From Mytilus trossulus (Eukaryota), in NCBI RefSeq assembly GCF_036588685.1, contig NC_086386.1:21452001-21516000 (forward strand): 64,000 nucleotides of DNA, given 5' to 3'. A program made the translations under genes and the position numbers. A model generated the notes under the pieces. The model had not been told where the DNA came from. It worked only from the letters and a program-made list of their open reading frames with translations, and did not search any database. Of this stretch, positions 14,640 through 26,400 are shown in pieces. The stretch's first letter is position 1, and every line of letters starts with the position of its first letter.

Positions 14640-15037
14640 CACCTTTTGTTAGCTTTTATTCGTGTGTTTTTCTGTCCTAATGTTCTCCCATTTTTTTTGT
14701 ATTGTAGTCCTATCATGTACTGTTGTCATTTTAATGTTATATTTAACATTGACATAAAAGTGGGAAGTTTAGCATGCCAAAAAAAATCAGATTCAACCCA
14801 CCACTTTTTGTTAAAATGTCCTGTACCAAGTCAGGAAAATGGTCATTGTTATATATCATAGTTTGTTTCTGTGTGTGTTACATTTTGATGTTGTGTCTCT
14901 GTTGTGTTTCTGTTGTGTCGTTGTTCTCCTTTTATATTTGATGTGTTTCCCTCAGTTTTAGTTTGAAGCCGGATTTGATTTTTTCTCAATCGATTTATGA
15001 ATTTTGAACAGCGGTATACTTCTGTTGCATATATTTG
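14640..15037 (+). repeat. Interspersed repeat, cctgtaccaagtcaggaa family
   Basis: Closely matches 25515-25787. Core motif also at 18858, 37110, 38635 (-), 41497 and 49308. Confidence 0.75.
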
Positions 15038-15069
15038 GATGTAAAAGTACATATGTATCATTTCATTCT

Positions 15070-16600
15070 GTTTCTTGAGTCTGATGGAATGATAATTGTA
15101 ATAGATGTTATAGCAACGCGATGATGTGTGATCTTGTTCATCATAACCAGGCGTGCGCGTAATCTGCGTTGTGTAAATTGTTCCCAGTTGAGTGTATTAG
15201 GCATGTTGTATACACTGCTAGTGTTATTATACTAGCATATACCGAACAGCTCTGCTTTGGACCATATGTATCTTCAAGATGGACTCTGAAGTAAGGGCGA
15301 TCACAAACCGAGCAAGAGTACTCAATTTTCGGAAGGACAAGTGTTGGCCTGGGTCTTTTAAGAACCCATTTAAATGATTTGATTTTATGTTTTCAGTTTT
15401 CTTCTAAGAAAGCCAAGTGTTTTAATTGGCTTTGAAGATATTGTCATCTCAATGTTTATCCCATTTGAGGTTATATTGTAGTGGGATGCCTAGGTACATA
15501 TTAATGATGAAGCAGTTTCTAAATAATGATTGTGAAGAGTGTAGTTATGTTGTAAAGTTTGACGTGTTCTTGTGACAGAGAGAACCGTACACTTGTCTGG
15601 TTGGAAGGCCATCAGCTAGTCCATTTCCCATTTCGCGGCTGCATCAAGATCAGCTTGCAATGTGAGGAAGTCACCCTTGGATTTAAATTGCATGTATGTG
15701 ATACTGTCATATTAAAGCAAACAAACGTTGTTTGCTATGAGTAAAGTAGTCTGGGAGGTGGTTAATATTGGCAAAAATTATGATTGTATCTAAGAGGGTA
15801 CCTTGTCGGACAGTGGATTGAAATTCTGAGATGAAGGAGAGAAGTTGTTTTTGTAAGATCGACAGTGTCGAAAGCCATGTTGGAGGTCGTACAAGATGAT
15901 ATTTTATTTCAAATGTTTCATAATGTGTGATGTGACTAAGTTCTTTATTAACCTGCAGCAAATTAGTTAATGAGATTGGTCTATAACTAAACGGTTTATG
16001 TTTGTTCCCCTTTTTCTATGCCGATGCGACTCTAGCATGTTTTCAATCGTCAGCTATGATTCCAGTCATGTAAGATTATTTGAAACTTTGTCAAAGAAAT
16101 ATTGCAATTTTTGTGTCTACATTTCGTTGAGTAAGCGGCATCTACTGTTATCTGAGTAGCTGGCTTTATGAATTTGATCTTATTTTTAAAAAAAACATTT
16201 TGATCTCTTTTGATGTTATATGTATTTGAATTATTTTCGGATGTTAACATATGTTGTTTTTTTTATGGGAAGATCACAGATGAGTTTTTCAATATAGTCC
16301 CAACAGGCTTTCCTCTGTTCTTTTATAATTTTCAGTGGGTTTTTTTTGTTTTTTTTTTCGCTTTTGTACAGCTTATGTTTATTGTTTATTTGACCTCTTT
16401 TAAAATTGTCAGATCCACTGTTATTTGTGTTTGTTCTAGTGTGTTTTTATAAATGATTTTTGGACTGAGCTGATGATTGTAGATACAAAGAGTTCCCATA
16501 CAAATGTAGCTCATCAGTTTCTAAAGAATCATATGTGTTAATTATTGTTTTATTAATCATGCCTAAATCGGTTTTAATGTCCTCTCAGTTGCCTTTGCTG
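15070..16600 (-). mobile_element. Decayed non-LTR retrotransposon (CR1/L2-like) ORF2, RT and C-terminal region
   Basis: Minus-strand motifs: KKGNKHKPFSYRPISLT, HGFR, VRQGT, INHLPD..RLFA, DLDAAAKWEMD*LMAFQPDKC, YLGI..NLKWDKH, TLGFLRRKLK, TLVLPKIEYSCSV, MVQSRAVRY. Many stops. Confidence 0.88.
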
Positions 16601-17379
16601 TACTACCGGTACGAAATAAGTAGTAGGAATGAAGTAGGAATCTACCTTGAATCAAAGATTCCATATAGTAAGTAGGCGGACATGGAAAATGAACAAAATT
16701 CTGACTAGATTTTTTTAATATTCCTACTACCAAAATCCTACTACCTAGGTGGAATTTACAAAGCCTGTATGGATTTTTTTCTGTTTTAAAAATTTGATTT
16801 GATTATTTCTTTTCCTACTACATGTACCAGATTCCTACCAAACAATCTTTTTACCTGGATTTATTAAGTAATCTTGAACTGGATCTTTGTTTGCTAATGA
16901 CACACATTTTGTAGTGTTAAATGCAAGTAAGTTCCAATTCACATATTTAAAAGTTGGAGGGGATTATTATGAAGAAATGTATCGGAACACTTATGCTGCA
17001 AGCTAGGGTCACACAGCTAAATTATAAAGAAATTCACTCTTAATTTTATCTAGGCATATTTTTGGCTTATCTTCATGTTTATGTAATAAAATTTCTAGCT
17101 TGCATATATTGCAGTTGCCTTTTACGTTTTAAAAGTCCATTTTCTAAAAAATGAATGTATTTTATGAAATTCCTTTGTTCTTTTTTGTTGAGAGTCAAAC
17201 TTAATTCATTGACCCAGTTGTTTATTTGTTAATATACACTTACATTTTGTATATTTTTAGATTCATACAAGAAAACATTTTTTTTAGGTAGAATTTTGAA
17301 AAATTTCTACCAGGTTTTCTAGTAGGAATTTTAATACATATCAAATTATTCCTAATTTGCTTATTCCTATAAAAAAAAA

Positions 17380-17520
17380 GAAGATGTGGTATGATTACCA
17401 ATGAGACAACTCTCCACAAGAGTCCAAAATGACATAGAAATTAACAAATATAGGTCATCGTACAGCTTTAAACAATAGCCAAGCCGATACCGCATAGTCA
17501 GCTATAAAAGGCCCCGAAAT
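17380..17520 (+). repeat. SINE-like interspersed repeat (gatgtggtatgatt..aatgagacaactctc..gctataaaaggcccc)
   Basis: Reverse complement of 13325-13455; partial copies elsewhere in the window. Confidence 0.7.
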
Positions 17521-18599
17521 GAGACTAGACCTCATACTACAAAAAGCAAAGCTATCTGAATATTTTTCCATTTATTTTTTAATCACTTTTTTTAAGATAA
17601 TTTTCCAAATTCACTTTGTTGTGGTCATCAATGCATTTTCTTGCTGTGTTGCAGACAAAGCAGTGTACTTCGACTGTTTTCAGCTGGTTGTTTTTTTTTT
17701 TTTTACATAAACCCCATTTCAGTTATCTTTTTTTAATAATAATGACATTACTGAACTAACGAAGGCCGTAGATTTCAAACAAAGTCATTAGGTGTTAAAA
17801 ATAAGAAAAAGACAAAGGTAATCAAAACATTTTACAGTAGTCATATTACATTATTTTGCCAAATTTGAATATAGCGCACAAAGGTAAAACACAATAGGAT
17901 TAATATCCCTGGTCAGCTTTTTGATATACGGTTAACACTGTTGGCACAATTTAAACCCAGAAAAAGACCTAAAATTTTGGTATGTGAAAAATCAAAAGGG
18001 TAAACCCCTTTCATTTTTGGGGTGGTGAATCCAATTTTTGTGTTTCATTGAAGTTTTTAAAGACAAATTGCAATATTATATGTGATAATGTTTTTATCTG
18101 TGCATGTTTTATTAGTTCATAATGTCTTTATTGAACTATTTTAATATACGTACTCGATCAAGAATCGAAACTATTAGGTCGTTCGAAACTGAGTATTAGT
18201 TTAATTATGATTTGGGAAGATACTTTACCCGCATTAATTATATATATAAGATATTTGTATACTAGACATTGTATAGCAATATTCAATTCTCATTGAGACA
18301 ACATGTTTATGATTTTTACCAAATGTTTATGACAAAATTTTAAAATGAGACTATTTCAATAGATATTGCAGTTTTTTAAGAAGAAAAAAATGAAGGTCGT
18401 TTAAGACCCAAAGCAAACGTAAAAGATACAAAATTAAATATTCATACTGATTTCTGAAATACAGACGACAATGTTTTACCTGAGGTCAGTGATTGATTTT
18501 GTTGCGTTACAGTATTAACCTATGTGGTTTATTTAAAATATTTTTATCCTTTATGGGTTAATTTAACATCTCTAGATAAAATAGTAAAATAAAAAGCAA

Positions 18600-18998
18600 A
18601 ATGAAGTTGTTAAAATTGATGTATGCCTGTTTGTGCTTCTTTGTTACATTTGTTTGTTTTAATAGTGAACAGATTAGGTTAATTACACAATGTTGACATG
18701 ATGTACCCTTATTTTTGAAATGTGTACCTATTGTGTCTGTTTGTTTTGTTCACGCATCGTTGTCAATATAATGGAATTCGATGCGACTGCCATACAAGTG
18801 AGGAGTTTAGCTAGCTTTAAAACCAGGTTCAATCCAACATTTTGTACATAAGAAATGCCTGTACCAAGTCAGGAATACGACAGTTGTTATCCATTTGTTT
18901 GATGTGTTTGATCTTTTGATTTTTCCATTTGATTACAAGGTATGAACTTTTCTTTTTGAATTTTCCTCTGAGTTTAGTATTTTGTGATTTTATTTTTT
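18600..18998 (+). repeat. Interspersed repeat, cctgtaccaagtcaggaa family
   Basis: Matches 36945-37245, 49205-49444 and the reverse copy at 61880-62100. Confidence 0.75.
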
Positions 18999-21900
18999 TT
19001 AAATATTGTGAAGCAATCTGGAAAATCTGGGTAGCAATAACAGAGTGAATTGAATTTTTTCCCATCTTATAGTCTTGAGTTCATACCTTTGTATAGAAAA
19101 CACCTTTTTTTTAATTTCATTTTTAGTATCATAAAACATGTGAAAAACACTTCGAGATTTACAAAAAGAATCAATAAACACTAACGACGCAAAATCACTG
19201 ACTTAGTAAAGACAATTGTAGTGAAGACATATCATTAAACTCATTCATAAATACAACTTAATGAACTGATTTATGAATGAACTGAGGTTATTTAAGACTC
19301 ATATTTGCACCAACACTTCAATCCCTATTGTGCATGCTAATTGGTGTGTTTATCTTAATACATATAATACCTCACCCGATTGCTTTTATGATTGATGAAT
19401 AATTTATGTGAAATGATTTTTTGAAATAGTACATGACCGCAACTGAAAAGGGGTTTTGAACTACAAGCTGAAAAGTAATAAAGGACGCAAAGAAATATAA
19501 ATATAACTTTAAGAAGATATATCATAACGACACGGACTTGACCGGTATTTAATGGTGTAAATGCAGAAATTACAAAGTTAAAAGTCCGAATTCTTTTCGC
19601 ACATATGATTAATCAAAACCACAACTTCTCGAACCCGAGACTGTCCATCTGCAGCTATGTTAATACTAGTACTAAATATATCCAGTCGCTGTACTTTGAT
19701 CTGGCGTACCATTTAGAAACATTTTTGTTGTTTAATTGATATAGCTTGGTTTTAAGTAGTGTCGAGCTTCATTATATACGCAGTCGATGTATACTTTGTA
19801 TGTGTTTGCTATTAAATAAAATCATTTTAAAGTTACATTTAACAAATAATATCTGTATATGAACAGAATTGTAGTTGGTAGTAAAGTAAATTAATACAAA
19901 GCTTCGTAAAGTATTGAATACATAATAAGATGTGGTATATTTTTTATTTAGAAAACTCTTCCGCATAAACCAAATGACATTAACGTTAACAGCTATAGGT
20001 CAGAGTACAGCTTATATGTATAGATTTTCTCAATTTAAAATGTTTTTCAATTTTTATTTTATTTATCAGATATATAGTTAGAATTATCAAAACGTCGAAC
20101 AGAAAGGGAAATCAAGATAAACAGGATAAATGCAGCTAAACTTTCGTCAAACAATGAACTCTAATGACAGCGATCACTCTCTATAATATACCGCACTTAC
20201 CAGTTCCATTGTTGTTCCTAATAACAAATACCTACGTTATTCCGTTGGACTTCAAAATTCACCAACGTTTGAATGTTTTCACTGCCCTGGTAATTGTAGT
20301 CGTTGTGTTGTTACTGTCACGATACCAATTTACTACTGATACCTCTTTTTAAATTCCAGTTTACCAATCAATTTCAAATTTTATATACTTTAATCTAAAA
20401 GTAGATAATTTCTGTCACACGTCAGACTTGTGATATTTGTTTCCATTCGTTTGGTGTGTTTGAGGTTTTGATTTTGCCATTTGTTCAGGCACTGTCCTTT
20501 TTAAATTTTCCATGGAGTTCGGTAGCTTTGTTATTTTACCTATTCCAATCTAGTCTATATACTAGACCCTTAGAAGACGTATTCATATACGCAAACCGTC
20601 TCTGAGAGAGATAAAATGAGAAGTGTTTACATGTAAACTTACAAGTCTAGAATATGCTTTTCTGGCTTATTTATTAGAATAATCTGATAACATAGTTGAT
20701 TTGAATAAACTGATCATGCAATTATGGTTCTTTTTTTGGTATACCCGCGACTTCATTGCAAACCAATTGCGACGACTGTATATTTCATTAAGTTAAATTC
20801 AGCAATTACATAAGTACAGTATCGCACATGGTATAAACAAAACTTTATTATAATGACCGCTGTTGGTACAAATTCGTTAAAATATTACAAATTACTACAT
20901 TATCTAACATTTGTAAAAAAAAAATATTTATGTAAAAAAATAAACAACATAGTAATACAATCAACATCTTAGAGGTAAAATTGTAACATACATGTGTGAT
21001 ACATCTGGTTTTCAAAAATATAACTTTGATACATGTCTATACATAACACGAATTGGTGAAGTTGACACATGTAACGATTTGCCCAGAACAACTGGGGAAA
21101 TTACTTCTTTCTTAAGTCATTTACAAAGCTAAAATGCTCTGATATCGGAGTTTGAATAACGTATATTCAATACAACAAAGTAATTTAAACTTAAAAAATA
21201 AACAATGCACCGATTAATGTAATGCAAAAGTTATACTAAACTCGTATAACATCCGTGTACCATATTCTAATGTAGTGTTAAACGTACAAGAGAAAAGGAC
21301 TCCTCATATCGTGTCAGTTTTAATATGGTTGTTAACACAATCTTTCCTTTACGAAATTAACTTTAAAATATGAATTCAGTTTTTATATGTCTAGTGTAAA
21401 TTACTTTCTTTTGTTATGGTGGTTAATACAATTGTATGATTCATTGTCAACTTTAAACGTTTACCATAAGAGAGATTGAAATCTTAAATTTTATACATTC
21501 AATATCTGTACATGTTTAAATTAGTTCAGAGTGTCTTCAATTAAATACGTTACAATGAGAAAATTATTACAGTACATTCCGTCTACTTTCTAAACAATTC
21601 AGCTCGTTAGATATTGTTTGAAGAAGAATGTTTAATAAGATGTATTTCTAAGATATAAGCCACTATAGAATTCACTGTACGGCCTTCAGCAATGAGCCAA
21701 ACCAATGATATCGTATAGAAAGCTTAATTACAAAATGTTGAACGTGTCACACAATGAAAAAAACGACCTGATTTGTGTACAAAAATAGCGAAAGACTCAT
21801 ATCATAGACCACTAAAATGTATGATCTTGACTTGCAAAAGACATTAACAGAATGTATGCTCTTACTTTTTGTCGAAAGTCTTTTTTTTTTTTACATGTAA

Positions 21901-23164
21901 AGTGAATCAAATTCAAAAACTCTAGCATTCGAGATAAATCCATATACAACTATGGCATTCATAATTGTATTCGGTATTTCCGATTTGATTTGCTTTTATG
22001 TTATTCTTAGAATGACTGGTTACTGGGTAGACATAAATCTGTGTTACACAAATACATACATATAAGTTTAACATCGGTTAGAACATAATATTCTAAATGT
22101 TGAAATATAAAATTAAAGTGTTTGATTATGATGTAAATATGAATATTTAACTAAAAACACATTTTAAAATTTAATGAGTTATGCTGTTTCTTTTTTTTTT
22201 CTTTTTTCCTTTTTTTTTGGGGAAAAGAATATAATAGAAATTGAATATCTGATTTCAAATTCATATTAGACCATTCTGATCCCAATTCAACACATTGTTT
22301 ATTGACCCTTGATTTATCAATGAAAATCGCAAAAGTATGGTTCATAACATCGAAACAAATACCAAAACGGGGACCTCATTTTCTTATGAAACAAATTGTC
22401 CTGCTTATCGTACATAGAGCCGAAAGATAACAACAAACAATTAAACCGCTTTTTGGTCCACAGTATTTAGTAAAATATTATATTCAAAATTTCTGATAAA
22501 TTGTTAATTGTTTGAATCAAATCACTTTGAAAGGGACAAAACCTAAAACAAAACAAACAAAATCTAAATTTAAATTAAAAAAACAACTGTTACACATTAA
22601 ACCTCGATTTCTGATAGCATAAATGTTTACGTGTATCACCATATCGTTAAATCTAAAGAGAGATATGATGCTATTGAGGACAACGTCAATCGTTTTTTTT
22701 CAAAGGGTCAAACAACAAATTAAAAGTAAACATCTCTGTATTTTAACATTGTCATTTGTGAAAGGTATTATATAATGTAGACACCACCACATGTTGACAA
22801 GCTGTATCTGAAATTGATTATTTTTCTTTTTGTCTCATTAAATCTCGTGCAATATAATATGTAAAACATGACACTTGGTTAAGAAAATCAATATGTGTTT
22901 AAATTAAGATCTGATGAAACCTCTGTAGCATATGAATTATCTGCAAATGTGTCTGGCTGTTATGTGTAATTGACATTGATGAGTATATATACTGTTAACT
23001 TAAAGTATATGACAAGAATTATGATAATTTATACTTAATACCTTCAAATGTTTGAATACAGTTTTAATGGACCCAAGTTAGTAACGATGTTATTTGTCAA
23101 AACAAAAGATGATATTGAATTATACTACTAATTTCAAAGGGTGACTTATTCTTATTTCATTATA

Positions 23165-23442
23165 TCAGTTATGTATCGGTGGTAGCGGTTTAGTACGTAT
23201 GGCTGAGCTTGTTGGTGGTCGCGGTTGTTCGGGTAATGGCGTTAGATTTCTTCTCAATGCATCATTTAGAGGTTCTGGCTGTTGGTAAATCGTTGATGTC
23301 ATAGCAAATGGAGAATTGGAGTTTGCAAGATGCCTCGTCTTTTCATCTAAGGTTCTGTCGTTTTCCAGACATTCAACGCTTATTTTGTCTTGTCTAGAAA
23401 CCAGTTTTGGTCTCGAGTTATAATCATTTGAATTTGGATTTT
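23165..23442 (-). CDS. Gene A exon 11 (Pro-rich tail ending KPLPPIHN*)
   Basis: ttcttacag acceptor, open frame to TGA. Confidence 0.85.
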
Positions 23443-26400
23443 CTGTAAGAAATATAACTAATCGTTTCAATACAATTTATTTTTATTTTTATATAATGAA
23501 CATTAACAAAAATATTAACAATATACACACAGCGTGCAATAAGTATTAAAAATATTAACAAACAAATAAAAACAGTTAAAACTGATAACAAAAAACTTAA
23601 CGCAATTAACATCATATGTAATTTCTATTACTATATTGCTCCATTGGTATTGCCCTGTCACGTGGCGATAAAGAATCTACAACTAAATCATCCGACATGG
23701 TTGGTTCTCTCTTCAAATTTAATTCTGAAATGAAGAGAGAACTGCTGTTGTAGATCATCAGTATCGCCGCAATTATGTTTTATATTTACAAGTATAACCA
23801 TCTTATTTGTTTGTGTACTGTCAAAAGGTCAGATTGATGTCTTCTTCCACCGATTTGTTGTTTTATATTAAAATATCCCTTGGTTTTGTTTGTATGCTTT
23901 CATAACAGTTCATATTCATAAAATGTGTTTATAAGCGAATTAAATAATTATCTTCACAGCATGTTGGAATTAAAATAACAATTCGTGCATATTAAATAAA
24001 ACTTTTCTTTCCTAAGCTAGATAGATTTGTAAGAAAAATCATAAAAAAATTCCCTCTTTTATAACCACTGGTTCGATGCCTCTGCTGGTGGACATTTTGT
24101 CCCCGAGGACATCATCCGCCCAGTAGCAAAATTACAATTGGCAATGCATAAAATTACGAAGATGAGTTTTGATCACATCTGTTTTATCGAACTTGTAATA
24201 AAACAATTACAAATTATTCATATCTATATATAACGGTACATGTACCTGTAAAAGTCTAATAGTCGGCTGCAAACCAAATTTATGTGCCAAAAGATACGAA
24301 TTCAATTATCTAATTGTGAACTTATTTGTATGATATGAGGATTGGTGTATGTGCCTAAAACATCCGATAACTGGATAAAGTACAACCTTTAATAGTTTGT
24401 CTTTTCAATAATTACAATTTGTTTGTCGTTTATTTGTCCCTTACCTGAAAGTGTAAAATCTGAATCTGGTGGTAGAGGCTGCTTGATATCGGTGCAATTT
24501 CCTTTCATTGACTGTCTATGCTGAATTTGTGATTTCTTTCCTTTGAAGTATTTCTGATATATGAGGAAAGCAATAATAATGATAGCTATCAGCAATAGTA
24601 TTGACAGGACAGCCCCCACCACTGCTGCTGTGTTACTACCACTTGAAGAACTTTCGCCTGTTGAGGGGTTAGTAATGCTGCTATCGTTGCTAGATGTCGT
24701 AGGCATCATGGTAGTAGTTGAAGTCGTTGTTGTAAATACTGTGAAAAGGATATAAACTTTTCGATTAAAAGAACCATATACATTGTACATTCAAGAAATT
24801 AAATAATCAACGAATAACACATTTTATATAGGCGTGTGTGCAGCCTTCGACAAAACCTCGAAATTAAATATCCCTGAACATTAATACCAATGAAAATACA
24901 TGCATCCACCGAAACTTCAAGTCACATCAGTTTGCAATTAAGCTTTCCTATCATTGTCTTTTTTAAATTCAGGTTTATTGTCTTGTTGTACAGCATGTGT
25001 TTTTGCACTGTTATGTGTAATGTCCATAGGCGGATTCAGGAGGAAAACTTTGGTTGATTATAAAGGGAATCACTGAAGCATGACTGGAGTGCCTCCCTTA
25101 GGTCAGTCAACGCCCCCTCCCCCACCCCTTTATGAAAAGTTCTGGATCCGCATCTGATGTCATGCATGCTTAACATACTTATAAGGTCTAACTTTTTCTT
25201 TCTTAAGTGAGCGTATTATCAAAACGTTAAAAACAACCGATTATTTTTCAAAAGGTACCATATTTATTGTCTTTAAATAAACTCATCATATATACCAGGA
25301 TTGAGATTTTATATTTATGCCAGACGAAACCACCGAAATGTTATTCTTACCGAAGGTAAAACTATTGCTGGAATTTTCTATTGAATTTTAAAAAGACTAT
25401 GATCAGCAATTATCAATTAAAACAAATGATTAAGATATTGATTACTAGCATCTGTGAATGCATTAAAGGGCATGTGAATCTTCTTTTATATTCTATCTTA
25501 ACATAATTAAACACTGCCATAAAAGCAGGAGGTTTGGCTAGCCACACAATCAGGTTCAAACCACAATTTTTTCAAAATATCCTGTACTAAGTCAGGAAAA
25601 TGGCAATGTTTATATTACAGTTCGTTTCTGTGTGTATGTTACATTTTAGTGTTGGGTTTCTGTTGTGCCGTACTTCTCCTGTTATATTTGATGTGTTTCC
25701 CTCAGTTTTGGTTATGTAACCCGGATTTATTTTTTTCTCAATCGATTTATGAATTTCCAACAGCGGTATACTACTGTTGCCTTTATCTAAGCTTGTTAGA
25801 AAAACATTTAATTATATCTAAAACATCTAAAAGCTCTTAAAGACTACTTACGACATGTTTCTGAAATAAATGAAAAACTAGTCATTAGTGTAATCAGAGA
25901 TAATTAAAGACCGATATGTTTCCGATTGTTTTCTCGTGTATTACTTCGGGATTAAAAGACTAGACAAATTGTTTCGACCGTTATATTTGTCCATAATAAG
26001 GTGCCATACAATTTAGAGTATTCAATTACAAAAACACGACTTGTATGCGAGTTGTTTAAAATCCAGTGAAATGACAATCTCAGAATTCAAATATGATTAT
26101 AGCTATTAAAAAGTCTACTTAGAAATAATGATTTGGCTAAAAGAATTCACAATTATGTGTACTTCGATATTTGAATTATTAAGAATAAAAATATGGGTGG
26201 CATTGGTTGTATTTAAGAAACGTAAAACGTCCTCGTGGATATTTAGTTTAAAAGATTTTTATATTTGCATCTTTTTATTTACAATACGTATGTGTTCAGA
26301 TACGTTTATTTGTTTGGAACCAGGTCTTCACTATTCAGTTTTGTGATTGCATATTGTGTTACGATTTTAAATGTAACGGATCAGATCAACGGCAAATAGT

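Noticed and set aside
20844-22303. Poly(A) signals for gene A (minus-strand AATAAA at 22298-22303 and 20844-20849)
   Set aside because: The hexamer is common in AT-rich DNA; the site cannot be chosen without transcripts.
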